Source of the DNA: Eledone cirrhosa
Lineage: Eukaryota
Direction of reading: 5' to 3'
DNA length: 64,000 nt
Assembly: GCA_964016885.1 (NCBI GenBank)
Contig: OZ024742.1
Coordinates: 16,120,001-16,184,000 of the forward strand
Made by a program: the position numbers and the translations under genes. The notes below the pieces were generated by a model that saw only the letters and a list, made by a program, of their open reading frames with translations, had not been told where the DNA came from and searched no databases. Below are positions 1 through 11,970 of the stretch, piece after piece (position 1 is the stretch's first letter; each line of letters opens with the position of its first letter).

Positions 1-86
1 TTTATAATAAACATTTTGAAGACCTAATCGCTATAGAATAGAATACGTCACGTATTACAATTAGATTCTCGATAAAAGCAAGGGAA

Positions 87-129
87 GTAATCTACGCGTT
101 TCATTCTTGTTAGAAATCATCAGGACTAC
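87..129 (-). ncRNA. Minimal type I hammerhead ribozyme (family A)
   Basis: Reverse complement of 829-871. Confidence 0.85.
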
Positions 130-396
130 ATATCCAGTGCTTTTATCGAGAATGACACAGCTAGAGACTTATAGAATACTTAGCTGTGTACAGGAACTGG
201 TTTGAAAGAGCGGTTGCCGGTCCGGCAGAAATTAGAAATTGGAATAAATGCTCTGAAATAGCGATATATATGTGAATATAGACATAGAATATTCGAAAAT
301 ATTCTGTATGTTTATAATAAACATTTTGAAGACCTAATCGCTATAGAATAGAATACGTCACGTATTACAATTAGATTCTCGATAAAAGCAAGGGAA

Positions 397-439
397 GTAA
401 TCTACGCGTTTCATTCTTGTTAGAAATCATCAGGACTAC
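397..439 (-). ncRNA. Minimal type I hammerhead ribozyme (family A)
   Basis: Reverse complement of 829-871. Confidence 0.85.
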
Positions 440-828
440 ATATCCAGTGCTTTTATCGAGAATGACACAGCTAGAGACTTATAGAATACTTAGCTGTGTA
501 CAGGAACTGGTTTGAAAGAGCGGTTGCCGGTCCGGCAGAAATTAGAAATTGCGTAGATTACTTCCCTTGCTTTTATCGAGAATCTAATTGTAATACGTGA
601 CGTATTCTATTCTATAGCGATTAGGTCTTCAAAATGTTTATTATAAACATACAGAATATTTTCGAATATTCTATGTCTATATTCACATATATATCGCTAT
701 TTCAGAGCATTTATTCCAATTTCTAATTTCTGCCGGACCGGCAACCGCTCTTTCAAACCAGTTCCTGTACACAGCTAAGTATTCTATAAGTCTCTAGCTG
801 TGTCATTCTCGATAAAAGCACTGGATAT

Positions 829-871
829 GTAGTCCTGATGATTTCTAACAAGAATGAAACGCGTAGATTAC
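829..871 (+). ncRNA. Minimal type I hammerhead ribozyme (family A)
   Basis: gtagtc CTGATGA tttct-aaca-agaat GAAA cgcg TA gattac; stem I gtagtc/gattac; palindromic CGCG in place of stem III. Confidence 0.88.
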
Positions 872-1138
872 TTCCCTTGCTTTTATCGAGAATCTAATTG
901 TAATACGTGACGTATTCTATTCTATAGCGATTAGGTCTTCAAAATGTTTATTATAAACATACAGAATATTTTCGAATATTCTATGTCTATATTCACATAT
1001 ATATCGCTATTTCAGAGCATTTATTCCAATTTCTAATTTCTGCCGGACCGGCAACCGCTCTTTCAAACCAGTTCCTGTACACAGCTAAGTATTCTATAAG
1101 TCTCTAGCTGTGTCATTCTCGATAAAAGCACTGGATAT

Positions 1139-1181
1139 GTAGTCCTGATGATTTCTAACAAGAATGAAACGCGTAGATTAC
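1139..1181 (+). ncRNA. Minimal type I hammerhead ribozyme (family A)
   Basis: Copy of 829-871. Confidence 0.85.
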
Positions 1182-1448
1182 TTCCCCTGCTTTTATCGAG
1201 AATCTAATTGTAATACGTGACGTATTCTATTCTATAGCGATTAGGTCTTCAAAATGTTTATTATAAACATACAGAATATTTTCGAATATTCTATGTCTAT
1301 ATTCACATATATATCGCTATTTCAGAGCATTTATTCCAATTTCTAATTTCTGCCGGACCGGCAACCGCTCTTTCAAACCAGTTCCTGTACACAGCTAAGT
1401 ATTCTATAAGTCTCTAGCTGTGTCATTCTCGATAAAAGCACTGGATAT

Positions 1449-1491
1449 GTAGTCCTGATGATTTCTAACAAGAATGAAACGCGTAGATTAC
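1449..1491 (+). ncRNA. Minimal type I hammerhead ribozyme (family A)
   Basis: Copy of 829-871. Confidence 0.85.
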
Positions 1492-1644
1492 TTCCCTTGC
1501 TTTTATCGAGAATCTAATTGTAATACGTGACGTATTCTATTCTATAGCGATTAGGTCTTCAAAATGTTTATTATAAACATACAGAATATTTTCGAATATT
1601 CTATGTCTATATTCACATATATATCGCTATTTCAGAGCATTTAT

Positions 1645-1798
<154 letters not shown>

Positions 1799-1930
1799 GT
1801 AGAAGTTATATTTAATTTGTTGGGATACAACAAACAAATATTTTTATAACTGATATAAAGCACTCAACAAATTTTTGGAGTAGAAATACAATATATTAAC
1901 AAATGGAAACTATATTTATAAAACCATATT

Positions 1931-1995
1931 TATTTCATTATACATATTTCAAGGACACCAAAGCAAATTATGGTGCGCTTTCATCAGATAAAATA
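1931..1995 (-). ncRNA. Type I hammerhead ribozyme
   Basis: Reverse complement of 2804-2868. Confidence 0.8.
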
Positions 1996-2803
1996 TAATA
2001 TAGATCAGTTTTATAAACAAATATTGACATACCCTTAAAAGAATACGACCATGTATGTTGGAAGCTCCCGGATAGTGGGGTTACTAATTTTATTATTGGT
2101 CTATCATGTATATTGGTCTATTATTGGTATATGTATGTGTGTATATGTATGTATATGTATATATATATATATATGTGTATATATGCGTATGTATGTATGT
2201 CTATGTATATGTGGGTTTATATATATCGAAATGTATAATTTGAATACATTCTATGAATGAACTCATGTAAAAGGGATTTTTACGGTTTATGCTTTAGATA
2301 TATTCTTAAGAAAAACTTTAAACATTAAGACGTTATAGTAAACAAACTTATATTTTAACAGTCACAACTGTATAACAGGTGGATTTATAAAATATATAAA
2401 TTTTATAACTTACTATAAAATAATATAAGGTTCTCTTATAATCTTAACTTTTTTTTATCATCTTAACTTTTATTACATTTAATCATTAGAACTATCTAAA
2501 TTACAAATAAATCAATTAATTTTCCCTCGCGCTGTATTGCTATTACTCTTTTGTTTTTCCTATTCCTTTTCCTTTTCTTTTCTTTTGTTTGTTTTCCTTC
2601 TTTGGGTTTGCTCTTTCTCCTTTTCTTTTTTCCCTATTCCAACGGCTTAATTTAAATGTATGGGATTTAAACCTCTCCGACACTAATTTGCATAATAGAC
2701 CAATAATAAAATTAGAAACCCCACTATCCGGGAGCTTCCAACAGACATGGTCGCATTCTTTTAAGGGTATGTCAATATTTGTTTATAAAACTGATCTATA
2801 TTA

Positions 2804-2868
2804 TATTTTATCTGATGAAAGCGCACCATAATTTGCTTTGGTGTCCTTGAAATATGTATAATGAAATA
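2804..2868 (+). ncRNA. Type I hammerhead ribozyme
   Basis: tattttat CTGATGA aagcgcacca..tggtgtcctt GAAA tatgta TA atgaaata. Confidence 0.8.
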
Positions 2869-3344
2869 AATATGGTTTTATAAATATAGTTTCCATTTGT
2901 TAATATATTGTATATATATATATATTTAATATATATATATTTATATATATATATATGTACATATATACATATTTAATATATATATTTATAAGTGGTAGTA
3001 TTTATATCTTTCCTTTTCTGGTGGTAGGAGAGGGTGGGGGTTGGGATGGGTGGAGGTCATTGGTTGAAGGATTTAAAGAAAAGGGAGTTCATTAAAAGCT
3101 AATTCTTTAGAGCTATAATATTAACAAAGGCAGAAAAAATGCTGTAATCAAATTCAAAATTGGAATACCAATGCCTGTAAGACAGGTGTCTACAGGATGG
3201 GTGGGGTTCAATGGTTTAAAGAAAAGGGAAATTCTTAAGAAGCTAATTCTAAGGGTGACAAAGGCAGTAAAGGTTTCCTTCAACAGATTCAATTGTTGGG
3301 GTCAACCCCCTTATTGTGAAGTTTCACTATATATATATATATAA

Positions 3345-3423
<79 letters not shown>

Positions 3424-3609
3424 TACATATATATATATATACATACACACACATATATATATATTTATATATATATCCAAGATCGCAGACTGAATACGCA
3501 CGTGTATTTTTTTTTCTCCTTCATAGAAAATTGGTAGATTCGTTTCCTTCCATGTAATTAGTTTATAAAATACTTACCCCCGCATTTTCCCACCATTCTC
3601 TCTCTCTCC

Positions 3610-3681
<72 letters not shown>

Positions 3682-3801
3682 CGCCAGCACCAACAGTTTT
3701 GCAAGAGATGTCAACATGAATGGGCCCATTGTTTTTATCTAAAGCCCTTTTTTCCAATTCCATCCCACCCGTCCTTTTAATCTATTTTATTTCTCATTCT
3801 T

Positions 3802-3837
3802 TCTTCTGATGAAGGACTAGCGTCCGAAACGTTAAGA
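3802..3837 (+). ncRNA. Minimal hammerhead ribozyme
   Basis: tctt CTGATGA a-ggac-tagc-gtcc GAAA cg TT aaga. Confidence 0.65.
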
Positions 3838-3919
3838 CCCTCTTCCTGCTATATCAAGCCTTAACCTAATATATATTCCATATACTGTACCGATTGTGTT
3901 GTTATTTCTGTTTACCTTT

Positions 3920-4004
<85 letters not shown>

Positions 4005-4169
4005 TTATATATATATATAAGTAGAAGGGGTATTTAATTTGTTGGAAGTCCGACAAATATAAATGTTTATAACTGGTTTAGAGCACTCAACAATTTACTG
4101 GATTTTAACAGATTATAACTGGATTATAACTGATTTGGAGCACTCAACAGTTTAATTGAATTCAACAAT

Positions 4170-5500
4170 TATCTCTGGACTAGAGCCGATAGAACAAATA
4201 TTTTTTATATCACCATGGGATCATCTGACTCGGCGCAAATAACGGATTTTGTGGGGCTATTTATTAATAACACACTGCATAGAAAAATACCAGAGATGAC
4301 CGGTGGTTTATATCATGATGATATGCTGCTTTTAATTGAAAATTATAGTAATTGTGAAATTAATAAGAAAAGAAAATCCATAATACAATTCTTCAATAAC
4401 TACAACCTTAAGTTAGAAATAGAGAATAACTATAAAATTGTCAACTCTTCAGACGTAACATTAAACCTTAACACAGGGCTCTACTATCCATTCCATAAAA
4501 TTAATGAGAATCTAAATTATGTAACTTTTAACTCTAATCCTCCTAGATCTATCAAGAACACTATTGTCAATTCTGTCCAACAACGTATTTCACGCATCTC
4601 CGCTAATAAAAACATTTTTGACGATAAGGCAGAATATTATAATGAGGCTTTAAATAGAGCAGGGTATATAAATAAGATTAAATACATTGACAACAGTGAT
4701 AAGGCAAATAACCCGACTATTAATTATAATTATAATAAAAAATTTAACTTAAACTCTAAAACTAACAGAAGAAATAGAACTAGAAATATTATTTGGTACT
4801 CACCTCCATTCTCATTAAGCGTAAAAACACCTTTAGCAAAGCTATTCTTTAAAGCGCTAGATAAATGTTTTCCTAAAGCCCACAGATACCACTCAATCTT
4901 TAACAGACATACTATAAAACTATCTTACTCTACTACTATGAACATAGCACAAAATATAAATAGAATTAATAATAAAAATTTAAACACTAACCAAAATAAC
5001 CAAAATAGCAGTAATATCTCTAGCAATATCCAACATAATAGTACCGTTCTGAATAACAACAACTCCGCAAAATGTAACTGTAGAATTAAATCAAACTGTC
5101 CTTTACAAAATAAGTGTTTAGATAAAAACGTGGTCTATAAATATACAGTTAAAACCAGTGATAATATATTTAACTATGTCGGTGCAATTTCTACAGAATT
5201 TAAAAGTCGCTGGAATAACCACAAATGCTCTTTCCGAAGATTTGATAAAAAATCTTCAACTTCTCTTTCAAACCTGATATGGAACTTAAAATGCAAGAAT
5301 ATGGACTATTCATTAGCTTGGGAAACAGTTTCAAAAGCACCCGCATACTGAAACACAGCTTTATCTAGATTCTGCAAATTGTGTGTTGAGGAAATTTTTT
5401 TCATACTTAAATGTAAAAAGTCTATTAATCTAAGAACGAATTTATTTAATTCTTGTAGACATAGCCAGAATTCAATATTCAGAACTATATATAAATTATA
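4170..5500 (+). pseudogene. 5'-truncated PLE RT/GIY-YIG ORF (Naiad-like), in-frame TGA at 5349
   Basis: ITMGSSDSAQITD, GLYHDD (YxDD), DVTLNL, IWYSPPF, CNC..CPL..C, VVY..YVG; CKLC..CRH motifs continue past the stop; homologous to 8385-10769. Confidence 0.9.
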
Positions 5501-6317
5501 ATTAAACTTATAATATTTCTACTTATTTCCATAACAGTCTTATCCACTTGGTTTCTCTAAATCGTAATATCTATAACATTTGCTATAATTCCACTTCTTA
5601 AATTTTCATAAAATATATACTTATATAATTCTAATTTTTTATTAAAATTTTAATTTTAATTTTAATTTTAATAATTTTTAATTCTTTATTTTTATTTCTT
5701 TAATTTTTATTTCTTTAAAAATTACTTCTCTCATATAAATTATTAAAAAAACAAATTTTCTCAAATTTTCTAATATTTCTTCAATACTTTTTCAATATTT
5801 TTTCAATACTTTATCAATATTTTTTCAATATTTTTCAATGGATTTATAACCACTAACTGATTCTGGCTAAATTTATCTTTCAACATCTATATTTATTTTG
5901 ACTAAATAGTCTCACACTAACGAATAAATAAATTAAATCGGAGTTTTTCCGTATCTTCCCATTTTAAAACATATAAATATAAATATTCAACTCAGTTAGT
6001 TTAATTTAATTTAACTTAATATTTATTTACATTAAATACAAAACCAATATCCCTCATAACTCATTAGAACAATTATCTATAACATGATATACCCATCTAT
6101 TTATTTATTTATTTATTTATTTATTTATGTATTTATTTATTTATCTACTTATAACAGAAAATATATTATAAACGAATTTTAAACAACTAATAATCGTAAA
6201 TACACGTACTATTAAGATATATACTTAGAATATATTTCCCCCAAATTAACGTTATATGAGTTTTATTCATCTTTTCTTGTTTCTTTCTTCTCTCTCTCTC
6301 GTACTATTTTTTATCCT

Positions 6318-6366
<49 letters not shown>

Positions 6367-6519
6367 GTTGTTTAAATAAACAGTTGTTTTTCAATTATTT
6401 ACTTATTCATTTGCATATTCACACATAAGTTTGAAAAATCCCTAATATATTTCCACTATCCATGAATTTCCAACCGATAAGGTATGATTTTCATGTCTCA
6501 ATTTATAAAAAAAACTTTG

Positions 6520-6583
6520 TATTTTATCTGATGAAAGCGTACCAATGTTGTCTTGGTACCCTTGAAATATATATAATAAAATA
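6520..6583 (+). ncRNA. Type I hammerhead ribozyme at the 3' end of the decayed PLE
   Basis: tattttat CTGATGA aagcgtaccaa..ttggtaccctt GAAA tatata TA ataaaata. Confidence 0.85.
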
Positions 6584-6622
6584 AATATGGTTTTATAAAT
6601 ATAGTTTCCATTTATTTAATAT

Positions 6623-6708
<86 letters not shown>

Positions 6709-7556
6709 GGATTAACAAATAATAGTTAAATGCAGTCCACTTAGGTGAAGTCCAGTTATGGTATTCCAGGTAGTGGATGATATTAACGCTTGGCTCGGTT
6801 TGACTCAACAAGGCGTTTTCATAGTGATGCTGCGGGTATGCTGTAATTCCTATGTTGTAAACACTTGGAGTAATAATAAATCAGGAAAGAAGGTTTACAT
6901 GGTTTGCTATACAAAAAAGTTTTTAATCACATAGCTTACATTTGTTTCACTGAAACAATGAAAAACCGAGCTCTTATGGGTTCCACCACCCTCGCCAGAA
7001 AAATATGGGAATTGAAGGACAGCAACGCTAGCTACACTATCAACTGGTCGAAGTTGTCGGCTGCTAAAACCTATAGTACAGGTATGTCCTATTGCGGGCT
7101 GTGTGATCTTGAGCTATTGTATATCCTTAGAAATGTTAAAAGACTACTTAATAATAAGTTAGAAAGATCTATCTTCTGCAGGCATAGAATAGCCACTAAA
7201 TTCATAAGATTCAAACCTCCGTGAATCGAACCAACATAACATAGCTTTAAATTAGGATACCTACTACCCACAAAAAATATATATTCATTAAGTATACTAT
7301 TTCCTTCACAAGTCTATACCACACAATAGTCTGTAAATACCTCATCTACCAACAATCTTACTCCTTCTCAGCTGCTGCAATCATTTGATCCTAGATCCTA
7401 GTTTTTCTCATTTCACTACTACAATGTTACTTTACCTTCTTTTTGCCATATTACAATTAGCACGCTTTTCTCTTTGCATGTATGTATATTTTTGTACGAG
7501 TGTATATTAGTGTGTATGTATGTGTCTATGTACACATATGTGTGTATATGTATTTA

Positions 7557-7641
<85 letters not shown>

Positions 7642-7997
7642 AGATATATGCGTATATTAATTCGTTAACCTCTGTATTAACTCTACAACTATTGAGCTTT
7701 GACAGTGGTCCCACTCATGTATACGGTTGAAGATGAAGAGAAAGACTGTAAAAACTAGCTTATCTTTATAATTTAAAATTGATACACACTACGATACTTT
7801 TTGCCTTATGACAGCTGGTTTTCACGCCGTAACATTAGATACATTATATACCCCCCACCTAAGTAATGTCAGGGTCTCCTTAAATAGCTTATTGATAGCA
7901 TTGTTGTAATAATTGTTGTTGTTTATTGTTCTAATTGAATGCCATAACTACTCCATATTTTCTTTTATTTTCTTGCCTGTGTATTTTCTTCATTCTC

Positions 7998-8112
7998 GCA
8001 TGCTCCGAAGATCTGACTGGTTATAATTCTGTATTGGCGATCGAGTGACGCAAAATTAGGCGGATAGCGATCTCTAGACATACCAGTTCAGTGAAACAAA
8101 TGTAAGCTATGT
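7998..8112 (+). ncRNA. Hammerhead variant (CCGAAGA core, ~80-nt stem II domain) in the 5' pLTR
   Basis: gcatgct CCGAAGA t-ctgactgg..ccagttcag-t GAAA caaatg TA agctatgt. Confidence 0.65.
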
Positions 8113-8384
8113 GATTAAAAACTTTTTTGTATAGCAAACCATGTAAACCTTCTTTCCTGATTTATTATTACTCCAAGTGTTTACAACATAGGAATTACAG
8201 CATACCCGCAGCATCACTATGAAAACGCCTTGTTGAGTCAAACCAAGCCAAGCGTTAATATCATCCACTACCTGGAATACCATAACTGGACTTCACCTAA
8301 GTGGACTGCATTTAACTATTATTTGTTAATCCGTATATTTAGCTCCCACCTGGTCGAGCAACACCATTAACGCACGGCAACAAC

Positions 8385-10769
8385 ATGGAGAAGCACTGTA
8401 TAGGTATGTCACTAAAAAACATACCTGTACCTACAAAAAAGGACTATACACTGGGCATGATACGACGGACTAATGATTTCATCCGCAGGGTCCGATGGAA
8501 AGCTTACCATTTCGATAAGGGACCGAATACCAACAGAAGGGAATTTTCCAAGGAGAATTACGGGTTTAAATCCTGCAAAAACCCGCCAAACAACCCCGCA
8601 CTCGATGCCTTCGAGCTGGACCTTATGAACATGATAAGTGAAACTAAATTTAAAAAAAGAACAAATCACAACAAATTGCAAAATGACTTAAACACATTAC
8701 TTAAAAAACTAAAAGACACTAACGGTATCATAGTAAAAGCAGACAAAACATCAAACGTATACTCTATGGACATTAACACATACAATAACTTTATTCAGCG
8801 TGAACTACATAAAAAATATAAAAAAACAAATGAATCTACACTCACCAGCATAAACATGGAGGGCCTCAAGATAGTTAATAAACTCGGAATTTCAGATAGG
8901 ACCGAACCGCTTACCCCGTGCAACCCTACATTTAACCTGAAAGATCACAAAAATAACTTTGAAACTAATCCTACCATTAGATTAATATGCCCATCCAAGT
9001 CAGACATAGGTAAAATTAGCAAAAACATTCTAGATAGGGTAATCGCACAAATAAAGGGTAAACTAGAAATCAATCTATGGGGCAACACTAACGAGGCAAT
9101 TAAATGGTTCAATAAAATACAAAATAGGGATACGTGTAACTTCATACAATTTGATATAGACGACTATTATGCATCCATATCCCCAGCTACCCTAGATAAG
9201 GCGCTTATATTTGCCCAAAATAACTCTGATCTTACCCATGATGAAATTGAAATAATAATAACGGCTAGAAGGACTATCGTAAAATTTGAAAATAACTACT
9301 GGGTAAGAAAGGATAGAATAAATAGCTTCGATATTACAATGGGTTCAAATGATTCTGCGCAAATTACAGATATCGTGGGGCTATTCATAGCACACAACCT
9401 ACATAAGGAATTCAGTAACCTCCAAGGAGGAATTTATAGGGACGACACGTTACTTATAGCTAGGAACCTAAACAACCAGAGCATGGAAAGACTAAGGAAA
9501 AATATTAGAATATTCTTCAAAAAACTAGGCCTAAGTATTACCTACGAACTAAACCATAAGAAGGTAAATTTTCTAGATGTAACTCTAAATCTAAATACTG
9601 GATTAATAGAACCTTTCCACAAAAATAATGAAAATCTTGCCTACATTAGTTACAACTCAAATCACCCCAAATCCATAATTAAATCCATAGCACGTAGTAT
9701 ATCCCTCCGAATATCCCGCCTATCCTCAAACCTAGAAATCTTTAACGAGCATGCTGACTATTATAATGCAGCATTAAGTAGGGCCGGTCATAAAGATAAA
9801 CTACAGTATATAGTGAATAAGGACAACATAAACAATCCTAGTAATTTCTACTCCAACCGCTCACATAATAATAGGAATAGCTTGACTAGACATAGGGTTA
9901 GACATGTAACACCTAGAGTAAACGGCCAAAACACTAATAACGTAAACCCTAGAAACAATAGAAGAAACAGACAAAGGAAATACCTATGGTTCAACCCAAT
10001 ATTCAACTCCTCTATAAAAACTAGACTGCCCTCTATATTCTTTAAACTAATGGATAAACACTTCCCTATCTCGCATAGATATCACAAACTACTCAATAGA
10101 TCTACTATAAAACTCTCTTTTTCAACAGCAGCTAACATAGAGTCACACATACGCAAGATCAACCGCAGAAATATCTCAAGTAAATCAATTGCACCTATAC
10201 ATAAGCACAAACTCATCACAACATCACAACCACAAGCGCATACAAACGCGCAGCAGCAAAACCCCATTGGGCATATATCACAACCCACTTATAACAGGGT
10301 ACTAAATAGGAATGTAAAAGCTGCACATAATAGCGCCTCAAACTGCAACTGTCACCTCCCAGATAGGTGCCCATTGGCGAATAGATGTCTCGATTCGAGC
10401 CTGGTGTACATGTGCACTGTCATCTCGGGTAACTCCACTTGGAATTACATAGGATCCACCGCGGGTTCTTTTAAGAAAAGATGGTATGTGCACAGGCACT
10501 CGATGAAAAACCGAGCTCTTATGGGTTCCACCACCCTCGCCAGAAAAATATGGGAATTGAAGGACAGCAACGCTAGCTACACTATCAACTGGTCGAAGTT
10601 GTCGGCTGCTAAAACCTATAGTACAGGTATGTCCTATTGCGGGCTGTGTGATCTTGAGCTATTGTATATCCTTAGAAATGTTAAAAGACTACTTAATAAT
10701 AAGTTAGAAAGATCTATCTTCTGCAGGCATAGAATAGCCACTAAATTCATAAGATTCAAACCTCCGTGA
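8385..10769 (+). CDS. PLE polyprotein: reverse transcriptase plus C-terminal GIY-YIG endonuclease (794 aa, uninterrupted)
   Basis: SLKNIP N-terminus, KADKT, PTIRLI, QFDIDDYY, ITMGS, GIYRDD, FLDV, WFNP, CNC-x5-CPL-x3-C linker, LVY..YIG, RWYVH, CGLC..CRH. Confidence 0.95.
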   Translation: MEKHCIGMSLKNIPVPTKKDYTLGMIRRTNDFIRRVRWKAYHFDKGPNTNRREFSKENYGFKSCKNPPNNPALDAFELDLMNMISETKFKKRTNHNKLQNDLNTLLKKLKDTNGIIVKADKTSNVYSMDINTYNNFIQRELHKKYKKTNESTLTSINMEGLKIVNKLGISDRTEPLTPCNPTFNLKDHKNNFETNPTIRLICPSKSDIGKISKNILDRVIAQIKGKLEINLWGNTNEAIKWFNKIQNRDTCNFIQFDIDDYYASISPATLDKALIFAQNNSDLTHDEIEIIITARRTIVKFENNYWVRKDRINSFDITMGSNDSAQITDIVGLFIAHNLHKEFSNLQGGIYRDDTLLIARNLNNQSMERLRKNIRIFFKKLGLSITYELNHKKVNFLDVTLNLNTGLIEPFHKNNENLAYISYNSNHPKSIIKSIARSISLRISRLSSNLEIFNEHADYYNAALSRAGHKDKLQYIVNKDNINNPSNFYSNRSHNNRNSLTRHRVRHVTPRVNGQNTNNVNPRNNRRNRQRKYLWFNPIFNSSIKTRLPSIFFKLMDKHFPISHRYHKLLNRSTIKLSFSTAANIESHIRKINRRNISSKSIAPIHKHKLITTSQPQAHTNAQQQNPIGHISQPTYNRVLNRNVKAAHNSASNCNCHLPDRCPLANRCLDSSLVYMCTVISGNSTWNYIGSTAGSFKKRWYVHRHSMKNRALMGSTTLARKIWELKDSNASYTINWSKLSAAKTYSTGMSYCGLCDLELLYILRNVKRLLNNKLERSIFCRHRIATKFIRFKPP

Positions 10770-11105
10770 ATCGAACCAACATAACATAGCTTTAAATTAG
10801 GATACCTACTACCCACAAAAAATATATATTCATTAAGTATACTATTTCCTTCACAAGTCTATACCACACAATAGTCTGTAAGTACCTCATCTACCAACAA
10901 TCTTACTCCTTCTCAGCTGCTGCAATCATTTGATCCTAGATCCTAGTTTTTCTCATTTCACTACTACAATGTTACTTTACCTTCTTTTTGCCATATTACA
11001 ATTAGCACGCTTTTCTCTTTGCATGTATGTATATTTTTGTACGAGTGTATATTAGTGTGTATGTATGTGTCTATGTACACATATGTGTGTATATGTATTT
11101 ATATT

Positions 11106-11141
<36 letters not shown>

Positions 11142-11502
11142 CGCGTAGATATATGCGTATATTAATTCGTTAACCTCTGTATTAACTCTACAACTATTGA
11201 GCTTTGACAGTGGTCCCACTCATGTATACGGTTGAAGATGAAGAGAAAGACTGTAAAAACTAGCTTATCTTTATAATTTAAAATTGATACACACTACGAT
11301 ACTTTTTGCCTTATGACAGCTGGTTTTCACGCCGTAACATTAGATACATTATATACCCCCCACCTAAATAATGTCAGGGTCTCCTTAAATAGCTTATTGA
11401 TAGCATTGTTGTAATAATTGTTGTTGTTTATTGTTCTAATTGAATGCCATAACTACTCCATATTTTCTTTTATTTTCTTGCCTGTGTATTTTCTTCATTC
11501 TC

Positions 11503-11617
11503 GCATGCTCCGAAGATCTGACTGGTTATAATTCTGTATTGGCGATCGAGTGACGCAAAATTAGGCGGATAGCGATCTCTAGACATACCAGTTCAGTGAA
11601 ACAAATGTAAGCTATGT
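11503..11617 (+). ncRNA. Hammerhead variant in the 3' pLTR
   Basis: Copy of 7998-8112. Confidence 0.65.
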
Positions 11618-11664
11618 GATTAAAAACTTTTTTGTATAGCAAACCATGTAAACCTTCTTTCCTG

Positions 11665-11724
<60 letters not shown>

Positions 11725-11726
<2 letters not shown>

Positions 11727-11925
11727 CGAAGGAAATGTGGTAAGGAACCAGGTGGACCATAACGCACCAAAGTATTCAATACTTAGGGTAGTAGAGTGGG
11801 TAATAGGAACGAGTAGGACCCCGACGGCTGAGCTCAAGCCGTTGACGGCTAATTCTGGACTCAATTGTCCAGAATTAGCCGTCGAAACGGCTTGAGCTCA
11901 GCCGTCGGGGTCCTACTCGTTCCTA
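11725..11925. mobile_element. Short foldback element containing the 3' half of a hammerhead; related copies at 26127-26293, 27140-27300, 45800-45850, 46065-46130
   Basis: gacggctaatt..aattagccgtc GAAA cggct-tgagctc-agccg TC ggggtcc, with an inverted duplicate where CUGANGA would be. Confidence 0.55.
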
Positions 11926-11934
11926 TATATATAT

Positions 11935-11970
<36 letters not shown>

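Larger units (their letters stand above)
1800..2912. mobile_element. Non-coding PLE pLTR-derived insertion with inverted arms (~1890-2082 vs ~2718-2912)
   Basis: ~190-bp inverted repeat, an HHR in each arm, (TA)n flanks; related copies at 6500-6628, 22810-22935 and 27535-27745. Confidence 0.7.
6703..11670 (+). mobile_element. Full-length Penelope-like retroelement (Naiad-like): inverted segment 6703-6954, partial-tandem pLTR 6958-8165, ORF, 3' pLTR to 11670
   Basis: 6958-8165 nearly identical to 10503-11670; 6703-6954 is the reverse complement of 8087-8338; (TA)n on both flanks. Confidence 0.93.

Noticed and set aside
5349-5351. In-frame TGA as possible selenocysteine (some Naiad PLEs are selenoproteins)
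   Set aside because: It aligns with S/Q in the two paralogs, not with a conserved Cys; the copy is truncated and decayed, and I saw no SECIS.
6904-7224. 106-aa ORF as a separate endonuclease gene
   Set aside because: It is the duplicated ORF 3' end in the partial-tandem pLTR, fused to inverted sequence.
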